The translations under genes and the position numbers were made by a program. A stretch of 64,000 nucleotides of DNA from a virus (Duplodnaviria; Caudoviricetes): the IMG/VR virus record IMGVR_UViG_3300033121_001571. One strand, written 5' to 3'. Shown here one piece after another: positions 1-7,265 of the stretch. The notes beneath the pieces are model-generated. The model did no database searches, was not told the DNA's origin, and worked only from the letters and a program-made list of their open reading frames with translations. Numbering within the stretch: position 1 is the first letter of the stretch; every line of letters starts with the position of its first letter.

Positions 1-314
1 ATATAATACTGCGATCTTTTGGATCTAACGTAACATAAAAAATTCTCTAGATCTATGGGATTTTCAAACCAGATATCAATGTCTGAATAGACGCCTTTCA
101 TTATTTTATTTATTGAATACAGATATGACAGGGCGGCGCCACCAGCAACATATCCCGAACACTCAAAAACTTTGAAAAGAAGATCTGAAAATTGTCTATT
201 AGAGATAGGTGCAGCTGTTGTTGTAAGCTTGTAAAACACATGTTTTTTATCAGACAGATCTGTCTGATAAGCAACTGTGTCAAGCACTAAATCTGTTTTT
301 TTGTTGTATGTCAC
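1..314 (-). CDS. Nucleotidyltransferase (Pol beta superfamily; tRNA nucleotidyltransferase/poly(A) polymerase head-like), partial, runs off the window
   Basis: Not in the ORF track. GTG at 314 overlaps the methylase TGA. The frame is open to the window edge and reads ...ECSGYVAGGAALSYLYSINKIMKGVYSDIDIWFE..., the hGG...DhDh signature. Confidence 0.7.
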   Translation of the reverse strand, partial: MTYNKKTDLVLDTVAYQTDLSDKKHVFYKLTTTAAPISNRQFSDLLFKVFECSGYVAGGAALSYLYSINKIMKGVYSDIDIWFENPIDLENFLCYVRSKRSQYY

Positions 315-1078
315 AGAGCGTTCACTATGTTGTTAAAGTACGATTCGTCTTTTTCTACGAGAAAAAACTTTCTACCTTTGTTTCTTGCAGCAAATGCAGC
401 AACGCCAGAACCTGCAAATGGATCAATGATCCAGTCACCAACATTAGTGTGAACTTCAATCGGTATCTCAAACAAAGAAACAGGCTTTTGCGTTGGATGA
501 ATTTTGTTTCTAAAGATCTCATTTATGTCTGTCCAGACATTTGATCTTCTGTAAAATTCACTCTTTGCTGGATATTTTTTGTTGAACCCCGCATAACCCC
601 TCTTTTCAGACAAGAGAGGAACGTTAAAGATCTTTGGTTTATTAGCTATTCCTTTGACAAAATAAGCAAGTTCTTCGCGTGTAAAGAGATAGTTGCTCGC
701 AGTTCCTATAGCACGTTTTTTCTTCCAAGTGATAAGCGAAGACATCTCAAACTTTTTCTTCTCTTCAACAGCTGAGATATACTTGAAGAAACTTCTGTTC
801 CCGGGTTTTCCAATTCCACCCCAAACATAACAAGCAGCTCTGTCATCTAACAGAGATGACCACTGTCGTGTCCAGTCTACCATCCATGAAACAAACTTAT
901 CTTCATCTAATATTTCGTTATCCCAACGCTCTGAAACAATACCGTTGTAAGGAGGATCTGTCAAGATCAAGTTTGTAACTCCGATCTGTTGTTTAGCATA
1001 ATCAACAACACTTTGATCGGTACAATCCCCGTGAACAACTATGCCATCAGCAAAAGTTTTCACTGTGAAATTAGACAT
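311..1078 (-). CDS. N6-adenine/N4-cytosine DNA methyltransferase (beta class)
   Basis: Motif IV TDPPY near the N-terminus, HPTQKP, and motif I DPFAGSG near the C-terminus. Start moved to ATG 1078. Confidence 0.9.
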   Translation of the reverse strand: MSNFTVKTFADGIVVHGDCTDQSVVDYAKQQIGVTNLILTDPPYNGIVSERWDNEILDEDKFVSWMVDWTRQWSSLLDDRAACYVWGGIGKPGNRSFFKYISAVEEKKKFEMSSLITWKKKRAIGTASNYLFTREELAYFVKGIANKPKIFNVPLLSEKRGYAGFNKKYPAKSEFYRRSNVWTDINEIFRNKIHPTQKPVSLFEIPIEVHTNVGDWIIDPFAGSGVAAFAARNKGRKFFLVEKDESYFNNIVNAL

Positions 1079-1871
1079 ACACAAACTCTCCTGATATCAT
1101 GGGTGAACCGTATTTAGCTTTTCCGACACACACTCTCAAATTTGGTAACACGTATTGATCAAATTGAGAGTGTGTGTGTCCCGATATCGATGTAAATTTC
1201 TTGTTAGGATGTGCTTTTGCAACATCTAACAGAAGATGACCCATAGATTGACACGTGTAAAACGGTACGTATTTGGGATCAGATTGCCCACCTTCAAATT
1301 TGTGGGACTCAGGGAAAGGCGGTACGTGAGTAACAATCATAAATTCATCATAACTAGATAAAGTTTTCATCAAGTTTTTCTTAAGATGTAAGACGCTGTC
1401 TGACGCAAGTTTTCTAGAAACTGACAAGATCTTGTCAGATTTATCGTAACTCTTCTCATAAAAATCACCGATAAATCGCCAATCATTCATAAACACAGTT
1501 CGGTCAATGTGACCAAACATGTCATACCATGAATCATGTCCTATCATGACTGTCTTTTTTGACAATTGAACAAATGTTTTATTTGTCAAATAGTTCAACC
1601 ACGTTGAAGAAGCAACTAATTTTTCAAGAGCATCTCTCACAATAGAAACATAAGAACCCCACATGTCATGGTTCCCACACACAAAATATATTGGTTTCTC
1701 CACTGTGTCAAGTAATTTCAAGTGTTGAATCAATGACGATGCAACAGAGATATCACCAGATAACACGTATCCAGCGTAAGGTTGTTCACGCAACATATCA
1801 ATGAACTCAACTAAAGAATTTTGTTCTATGTGATCTAAGTGAATGTCAGTTAACCAACCGAGTTTTGTCAT
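1071..1871 (-). CDS. Calcineurin-like metallophosphoesterase (CpdA/Icc-like)
   Basis: Motifs TDIHLD, SGDI, GNHD, THVPP, GHTH. Confidence 0.9.
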   Translation of the reverse strand: MTKLGWLTDIHLDHIEQNSLVEFIDMLREQPYAGYVLSGDISVASSLIQHLKLLDTVEKPIYFVCGNHDMWGSYVSIVRDALEKLVASSTWLNYLTNKTFVQLSKKTVMIGHDSWYDMFGHIDRTVFMNDWRFIGDFYEKSYDKSDKILSVSRKLASDSVLHLKKNLMKTLSSYDEFMIVTHVPPFPESHKFEGGQSDPKYVPFYTCQSMGHLLLDVAKAHPNKKFTSISGHTHSQFDQYVLPNLRVCVGKAKYGSPMISGEFVYV

Positions 1872-1914
1872 CTAGTACCTTTCATTAAGGTAACAACACG
1901 TTGTCACAAGAGTA

Positions 1915-2466
1915 TTATGATTTAACCCTAGACCAATAAAGTTCACTCTTGCTGTTTATTTGCGAGAATAGTTCTTTTCGTAAAGAGGGCCAATTCTTCA
2001 ACGAACGATACAACTTTATCAGCAATAACAATCTAGAAAAGTTCACATATAACCGATCTTTTCTAAAGACAAGAATTGAAATAATGCAAAAAATACTATA
2101 CAACGTAGCATACAAATACTCAAAAATTGAGAGTAGAAAAACTAAAGGAAGAACAAAAGGAAATGTGTAAACCAAAGAAAGTAATAAATTTTTAGGTTTT
2201 CTTTGAAAAAGAAGATCTTCATTACAATCAAAGTTTATTTCATAAAAGCTCATTCCATGAGGATCTCTAAAAAAATACACATTAAACGGTATCTCACCTT
2301 TTTCTGTGTACGAAAATCCACGTACACAATAGATACATTCATTTATCTTAGTGAACTTAAAAACAAAGATATCATCAAGTTCATTGTATTGTTGAATATA
2401 TTTTACATTCCTCCATGACTCAGAGATAACTGTAGAAATCATTTTAGTAAGGTTAAAAGTTGCCAT
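1915..2466 (-). CDS. Hypothetical membrane protein
   Basis: 183-aa ORF overlapping the PNK stop, with two hydrophobic segments (LLLSLVYTFPFVLPLVFLLSIF; LYSIFCIISILVF). Confidence 0.6.
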   Translation of the reverse strand: MATFNLTKMISTVISESWRNVKYIQQYNELDDIFVFKFTKINECIYCVRGFSYTEKGEIPFNVYFFRDPHGMSFYEINFDCNEDLLFQRKPKNLLLSLVYTFPFVLPLVFLLSIFEYLYATLYSIFCIISILVFRKDRLYVNFSRLLLLIKLYRSLKNWPSLRKELFSQINSKSELYWSRVKS

Positions 2467-3424
2467 AGTTCACCTGAAAACATGCAAGACCCAAAGATCT
2501 CCACAACTTAACAACAGAGTCTCTGTCATCAAGAACAAAATTGACATAATATTTTCCATATATGTTGTTGACGTACAGTTCCCTTTTTACAATATCATCA
2601 CTTCTAGAATCACCAGCAGTTCTCATGTACAAATCATAATGAATTGGCTTAGAATTTGGCAACAGACAGTGTGCATCAATAAATGCTTGTGTCTGTTGCC
2701 TGTATGTCTCTGGACGTGCAGAGACAAAGATTACTTTTGTGTTCTTGGTGTTAAAAGTAACAACTACGTCTCTAACTGGAGAGTTGATCTTATCTTTCAC
2801 GTGACACTCTGACGCATCATACGGTGATCGATCGCCTATAATTGCTAGAGTTCCGTCAAGATCACATATGATAGCATGGGGCAAAGAATTGTCTTGTTCA
2901 CTTTGATGAACTGGGATATTAGACACAAAGTTATGAACTTTGTCTTCAGGATAAGAAGATCCAACAGAGAATTGCTTGGCCATTCTTAATATGATTTCTG
3001 AGCTCATTGTCAACTCAGAAGAACACGATTCATTCCTCTTGTCATTTCTTTTGACACATTCATCAAGCGGAGTTCGTATCCACTTTTCCTCTACTGTCAA
3101 ACAAGAGAAATACTTGCTCATAGTCAAGACTTCTTTTACTGACTTTGATTTCAAATGTGTGTCATCACAAACAACATCAAAACCAGAATTTAACATATCT
3201 TTCAACAGAGATAACTTCATGTGTCTGACAAGAGATTCATACTTTTCATCTTTGATTGAAAAATCATACCATCGATTGTGAGGTCCGACCAACATATTTC
3301 TTATGTTGTCTCTGTTGAGTCTTAACATAGTCCCATTAGATTCAGCGACTAGTCTAGCAGCGTACGTAGACTTACCAGAGCCAGGTAAACCACGTAAAAC
3401 AACTATCTTTCTAGACGAATTCAT
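2453..3424 (-). CDS. pseT: Polynucleotide 5'-kinase/3'-phosphatase (T4 Pnkp-like)
   Basis: P-loop GLPGSGKST, NRDNIR and DDTHL in the kinase domain; HAD motifs CDLDGT, VSAR and LDDRDSV. Start moved to ATG 3424 (MNSSRK). Confidence 0.92.
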   Translation of the reverse strand: MNSSRKIVVLRGLPGSGKSTYAARLVAESNGTMLRLNRDNIRNMLVGPHNRWYDFSIKDEKYESLVRHMKLSLLKDMLNSGFDVVCDDTHLKSKSVKEVLTMSKYFSCLTVEEKWIRTPLDECVKRNDKRNESCSSELTMSSEIILRMAKQFSVGSSYPEDKVHNFVSNIPVHQSEQDNSLPHAIICDLDGTLAIIGDRSPYDASECHVKDKINSPVRDVVVTFNTKNTKVIFVSARPETYRQQTQAFIDAHCLLPNSKPIHYDLYMRTAGDSRSDDIVKRELYVNNIYGKYYVNFVLDDRDSVVKLWRSLGLACFQVNYGNF

Positions 3425-3428
3425 TCGT

Positions 3429-3459
3429 GGCCGAGAAGCGTACCTTATCGCCCTCGGCC
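3429..3459 (-). promoter_or_regulatory. GC-rich hairpin ending 4 nt upstream of the PNK start codon
   Basis: Minus strand reads GGCCGAGGGCG-ATAAGGTA-CGCTTCTCGGCC-ACGA-ATG. Confidence 0.6.
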
Positions 3460-3538
3460 TTCTGTTTATCAACAAGGATGTTGATTGTCCTACGTGAAGA
3501 GAAAATCACACGTTTAAGTCTGAAAGTCAGTCCTTAGA

Positions 3539-3627
3539 CTCGTTAGTTCTACCATTAAACTACCCAGGCACATGTAAGACTCTTTGAGTCTTGGGCCCGA
3601 GGTGAGAATTGAACTCACATTAACGAG
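3539..3627 (-). ncRNA. Circularly permuted tRNA-like domain 2 (YrlA-like topology)
   Basis: Minus strand: CTCGTT-AAT, T arm GTGAG-TTCAATT-CTCAC, acceptor 3' strand CTCGGGC then CCA, linker hairpin AAGACTC-AAA-GAGTCTT, acceptor 5' strand GCCTGGG, TA, D arm GTTT-AATGGTA-GAAC, T, AACGAG closing the stem. No anticodon loop. Confidence 0.8.
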
Positions 3628-3704
3628 CAATTCAGCAATCAGACGGTTGATTGATTTTTTTACTTCTCGTTCAGACAAATCAGTCTTTGGCAATAGACTG
3701 AGTT

Positions 3705-3798
3705 TGATTACCGCTATGCCTCTGCCAGTTGGGCTATCTCGGCAAGTTTTTTGCCAGCGCCGAGAGAAGGATTCGAACCTTCACTTTTCACAGTATCA
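3705..3798 (-). ncRNA. Circularly permuted tRNA-like domain 1 (YrlA-like topology)
   Basis: Minus strand: TGATACTGTG, T arm GAAGG-TTCGAAT-CCTTC, acceptor 3' strand TCTCGGC, 15-nt loop, acceptor 5' strand GCCGAGA (7/7 Watson-Crick), TA, D arm GCC-CAACTGGCAGA-GGC, then ATAGCGGTAATCA closing a bulged stem. Confidence 0.8.
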
Positions 3799-3854
3799 TT
3801 AGCGTTAGTCTTAAAGTAAGACTGCGCCTTCTGCAACTACGTTGCAGAAATCTT

Positions 3855-4583
3855 TTACTCGAAGATGTAGTTCAACATCTTCTCAGAAACTTTCTGTGCT
3901 TCAATCTCACGACTGTTGCACTCTTCTCTTGCAAATTTCACTGCTTTCTGCAGTTTCTCTACGCGAGAGAGCATATCAGCAACTTTTTGAGCAGGAAGGG
4001 CACCTGAAAACTTCACAGTCTTCCAGGTTCCAACAGTCTTATCTTCATAACCCTCCTTCACCTGAGCAGGATGCTTGTCTGTCGCAGGACTGAGAACGAG
4101 CGGAACAAAGACTTTCTTTGTTCTTGAAGTCTCAGCTGGTCGAGAGACATAAGCACCCACGTTCTTATCGAAGACCCAATCTTCTGAAGGATCAAGAACA
4201 GGAAGCTTGCTAACAAGCGTGTGAATATCTACAAGCTTCTTCTCAAGAAAAAGCAGATAAGTCACTGGTACGCTCTTTGCCAGAACTACATCACCCAGAG
4301 TAATATCAGCAGTCGCTGAGCAATTTGCATAGTCTTTGGTCGCAGTGATATCAAAAAACTCTACAAGAGTCTGTTGAATCTGCTTCAGAGCAGAACTGAC
4401 ATCAACTTGAACCTTAGTTGACTCAGAAGGAAGTTGTTCTCCAACCTCATCATTTGGACGATAAGTCCTAGAGATACCAGACAGCAACGCTGGCTTCTGC
4501 ACCTTCTGATAGAAGTCAGTCAGCGTGTTGTGAGCTTTTGCTTTTACTGATTTTTCAACTGCAACTACCTGACAAAGTCTCAT
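3855..4583 (-). CDS. Conserved uncharacterised protein (recalled as the DUF7873-type family), immediately upstream of the structured RNA
   Basis: Start moved to ATG 4583 (SD AGGTGA), giving 242 aa. MRLCQVVAVEK...KPALLSGISRTYRP...GEQLPSE...VPVTYLLFLEKKL...ATDKHPAQV...KFSGALP...KFAREECN resembles a hypothetical family I recall from actinobacteria and phages. Family name not verified. Confidence 0.75.
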   Translation of the reverse strand: MRLCQVVAVEKSVKAKAHNTLTDFYQKVQKPALLSGISRTYRPNDEVGEQLPSESTKVQVDVSSALKQIQQTLVEFFDITATKDYANCSATADITLGDVVLAKSVPVTYLLFLEKKLVDIHTLVSKLPVLDPSEDWVFDKNVGAYVSRPAETSRTKKVFVPLVLSPATDKHPAQVKEGYEDKTVGTWKTVKFSGALPAQKVADMLSRVEKLQKAVKFAREECNSREIEAQKVSEKMLNYIFE

Positions 4584-4599
4584 TTGTTCACCTGTTTCT

Positions 4600-4628
4600 A
4601 GTATACCGTCCCGTGTGCCAGTGGACAA
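4600..4628 (-). promoter_or_regulatory. Sigma70-type promoter for the protein-ncRNA-PNK unit
   Basis: TTGTCC-N17-TATACT, 16 nt upstream of ATG 4583. Confidence 0.65.
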
Positions 4629-4676
4629 CCCTAGTTTAATACAGTGAAACACTGTGTGAAAACTACAAATGAAAAT

Positions 4677-4744
4677 AGCAAAAAGCAAAACTGAAGACTT
4701 GAAACACCGTCTTAAGTGTCTTGTCTTCAGTTTTGCTTTTTGCT
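4677..4744. terminator. 22-bp perfect inverted repeat after the Hsp20 gene (terminator or processing site)
   Basis: AGCAAAAAGCAAAACTGAAGAC (4677-4698) and GTCTTCAGTTTTGCTTTTTGCT (4723-4744). Confidence 0.6.
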
Positions 4745-4745
4745 G

Positions 4746-5108
4746 TTACTTGATCTCTATCAACCTCTTTGCTGGATTTCTTTTCTTTAACTTAATGTTC
4801 AAGATACCATCTTCGAGCGTTGCAGAAGCTTCTACGATATCAACTACGCCAGAAGGTAACATCAGATCGTAAGATCTACTCTGCTCCTTAAGCGTATACG
4901 CAATATTGATTTTACCCTCAAGCAAAGTACAAGTCAACGTATCTTTCTTAACCCCAGGAAGCTTTACTTCAATCTCTAGGTCTTCTCCCACACTATTCAT
5001 CGTGTAAGAACAAGAGTCTCTAGCGTAGAAGTAATCATCTATAGGAAACGAACTCAAGATATCATCAAAAACTGACTTACGACTTGGAACTAAGAAACGA
5101 CTTAGCAA
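4746..5108 (-). CDS. Small heat-shock protein (Hsp20/alpha-crystallin)
   Basis: IEVKLPGVKK, ASATLEDGILNIKL and C-terminal IEIK (IXI motif). SD AAGGAG before TTG. Confidence 0.85.
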   Translation of the reverse strand: MLSRFLVPSRKSVFDDILSSFPIDDYFYARDSCSYTMNSVGEDLEIEVKLPGVKKDTLTCTLLEGKINIAYTLKEQSRSYDLMLPSGVVDIVEASATLEDGILNIKLKKRNPAKRLIEIK

Positions 5109-5168
5109 CTTTTTCTCCTTTCTTGTGTTGCTTGTTAACAGTAAACACTTACACTCACTTGTAAAGGC

Positions 5169-5549
5169 CTAGTATCCTAACTTTATTCTATTTTTATTTT
5201 TTTCACCCTTTTCAAGGAAAACTTTTTTGAACTCTGACATAGAAAAACCAGAAGCAATCACTATTTCAATCAAGTAGTGCATAGCGTCAGATAGTTCTTC
5301 AAGATACATTTCACGATCAAATTCTTTGACTTCTGTTGCACGATGGTGTTTAGAATTTTTCAACAAGACACAAGCTTCATACATCTCTTCCATACAACAG
5401 TGGACCAATTCTTTTATGTCTCGTTGTCCCTTCTTAGACGTTAAATCAAATGGAGACTTTGGAAAGTTTCTTTCTTGAGAAAGAAGATCCATGAATTCCT
5501 TCTGTTGAAGGAACATCTCTTCTAGAGAATCTTTCATGTTAGATCTCAA
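5169..5549 (-). CDS. All-alpha NTP pyrophosphatase (dimeric dUTPase/MazG-like)
   Basis: EEMYEA, LEELSDAMHY and C-terminal KGEKNKNRIKLGY. Confidence 0.8.
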   Translation of the reverse strand: MRSNMKDSLEEMFLQQKEFMDLLSQERNFPKSPFDLTSKKGQRDIKELVHCCMEEMYEACVLLKNSKHHRATEVKEFDREMYLEELSDAMHYLIEIVIASGFSMSEFKKVFLEKGEKNKNRIKLGY

Positions 5550-5764
5550 TTTTTATCAAGTTGAAAAATCGCTGCTCTATCAAGCAATTCTTGGTGCCAC
5601 TTCACGACCTTTTCCTTGTACGCAGCGCTTAGTACTAAACTATTATCTGTTGGTGACTGTTCTAACTCAATCTCTCTAAAAAGATCTGTGCAATCAATGC
5701 CAGTTATAATAGCTTCTTGAACTATCTGTACTACGCGGTGCCAAACTTCATCATTGACTTTCAT
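5546..5764 (-). CDS. Hypothetical protein (72 aa)
   Basis: Start moved to ATG 5764 (MKVNDEVWHRVVQIVQEAI). Coupled to both neighbours. Confidence 0.65.
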   Translation of the reverse strand: MKVNDEVWHRVVQIVQEAIITGIDCTDLFREIELEQSPTDNSLVLSAAYKEKVVKWHQELLDRAAIFQLDKN

Positions 5765-6386
5765 CTGTTTCTTCTTCTTTCGTAAGTTGTAAGATTGCAT
5801 CTCGAATGTCAAGTCCATCAATAGCATCTCCAATGCAAGTCCAACCTTTGAAGTTTCTTCTAGCAAATACTTCCAATTTTTCAACACCTGGAAACATAGA
5901 ATCTAGACTGTGTTGAAGTACATCAGGTTTTATAGAGTGTCCTTTATTTTGTGCCAAACACACAGAACGTTGTGATTTATCCTGAAGATCTTTGTAAACA
6001 CTCTTACCAGACGTACACACTAAAGCGATTTCATGTGCCTGTCTAAAAAGACGACCCATTCCAATTCTTGTGATATTGTTTATATTTTTTTCTTTAGAGG
6101 CGTCTTTTTTAATCTTTACCCACACGTATGTTTGCTTGAGTTTGAATCCCCAACTCTTTGCAACGTCTAAGCCAACGTCTAACAACGTTGAAGGCACCCA
6201 CAAAACTAAAACACAACCACTTGGATCAACAACAGATCTTATGTCTAAGTTTTTAATCTCGTTATTTGACAACTCTTTATATTGAGAAACAGCTGAACGT
6301 TTGGTCTTAGCTTTCATAGATCGAAGCTTATCATCAAAAGACCAGGGAGGATCTACTACGATTACTTTGAATTTCTTTGCAGCCAT
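5751..6386 (-). CDS. MT-A70 family adenine methyltransferase
   Basis: VDPPWSF, LVLWVP, WGFK..YVWVK, GMGR, HSIKP, LEVFAR..KGWTCIGD. Confidence 0.9.
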   Translation of the reverse strand: MAAKKFKVIVVDPPWSFDDKLRSMKAKTKRSAVSQYKELSNNEIKNLDIRSVVDPSGCVLVLWVPSTLLDVGLDVAKSWGFKLKQTYVWVKIKKDASKEKNINNITRIGMGRLFRQAHEIALVCTSGKSVYKDLQDKSQRSVCLAQNKGHSIKPDVLQHSLDSMFPGVEKLEVFARRNFKGWTCIGDAIDGLDIRDAILQLTKEEETDESQ

Positions 6387-6979
6387 GTCTTAACTTTTGA
6401 AGCTATAATTTCGTGCACTCCAAATGTACTCTTATCAGAAGAAACAATGATTGTGCTGTGCTTACCTGTGACTTCAGTAAGCAATTGATATTGTTCTTTC
6501 ACGGTTGATTGAAACTTGTTGTCAGATTCATAAACGTCTTTTGGAGTTTCTCTGTGACAGCTGTTAAGCAAAACAACTGTAAGATCTGGTTCTATAAGAA
6601 ACCAATTCAAAAATTTTACATACCACTTTGGTACGTTTGAAGCAATTCCATATATCTCAGCTGACAGCTTCCAGCGATCAACAACCACTACGTCAAACTT
6701 TAACATCTTGTAGAAGATAGACATTTGCAATAAAAACTTATTGAAGAACTGTACAGTTTGAAAAAAACTAGGAAATGTTTTAGCATAACCTTTCACTAAC
6801 ATGTAGTCTATCACTTTTCTTGTTCCAAACAATTTCTCACGATAAGAGATTTGAAAACAATCAGAAAAACTGTCTGTGAAAGAATTTATGTAATTGACTA
6901 ATAGGGGTATTTGTGTTGATTTTCCAACTCCATCGGGACCCTCAAACACAACCAAAGACCCGAGTTTGAAAATTTTCAT
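6362..6979 (-). CDS. tmk: Thymidylate kinase
   Basis: VFEGPDGVGKSTQ, VVVDRW..S..YG, PDLTVVL, YES..FQ. Confidence 0.88.
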   Translation of the reverse strand: MKIFKLGSLVVFEGPDGVGKSTQIPLLVNYINSFTDSFSDCFQISYREKLFGTRKVIDYMLVKGYAKTFPSFFQTVQFFNKFLLQMSIFYKMLKFDVVVVDRWKLSAEIYGIASNVPKWYVKFLNWFLIEPDLTVVLLNSCHRETPKDVYESDNKFQSTVKEQYQLLTEVTGKHSTIIVSSDKSTFGVHEIIASKVKTWLQRNSK

Positions 6980-6986
6980 TAATTAG

Positions 6987-7016
6987 AGTATACTGTCAGA
7001 GCATATTGTTGAACAA
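6987..7016 (-). promoter_or_regulatory. Sigma70-like promoter for tmk (probably leaderless)
   Basis: TTGTTC-N18-TATACT, 7 nt before the ATG. Confidence 0.45.
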
Positions 7017-7265
7017 GTACAGTTTACTTGCTAATAAATCATATGTTTCACTTTTGATGCTATCAGATAACTTCTCTAAAACGCTTGACATTCTATCTTT
7101 TGATTCTTGATCAAGTCTTGGCACTATGTTAGTGACAATATACGACTCTACGCTCTCTGCTAACTCTTCAGATAGCTGACGTAAAACATACTCTGGCATC
7201 CTACCTGTCAATTCTTCACTTATGATCTTTTTAAGATCAGAGATCTTGATGTCCACGTCAGTCAA
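6996..7265 (-). CDS. Small protein with the shared N-terminal leader (DIKISDLKKIISEEL)
   Basis: ORF track; leader motif shared with other small ORFs. Confidence 0.65.
   Translation of the reverse strand: MTDVDIKISDLKKIISEELTGRMPEYVLRQLSEELAESVESYIVTNIVPRLDQESKDRMSSVLEKLSDSIKSETYDLLASKLYLFNNML

Noticed and set aside
3592-3743. A conventional intron-containing tRNA made from the 5' half at 3743 and the 3' half at 3618-3592
   Set aside because: GCCGAGA does not pair cleanly with CTCGGGC, the anticodon stems do not match, and no group I intron core is visible. The permuted pairings give full 7-bp stems.
3584-3802. Plus-strand 72-aa ORF, and the overlapping 3729-4007 and 3842-4093 ORFs
   Set aside because: They are antisense to the structured RNA and to a real CDS; peptides such as VRIELT are typical translations of antisense tRNA arms.
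4584-4688. 35-aa N-terminal extension of the 277-aa track ORF
   Set aside because: It overlaps the promoter and hairpin; ATG 4583 has an SD and matches the family N-terminus as I recall it.
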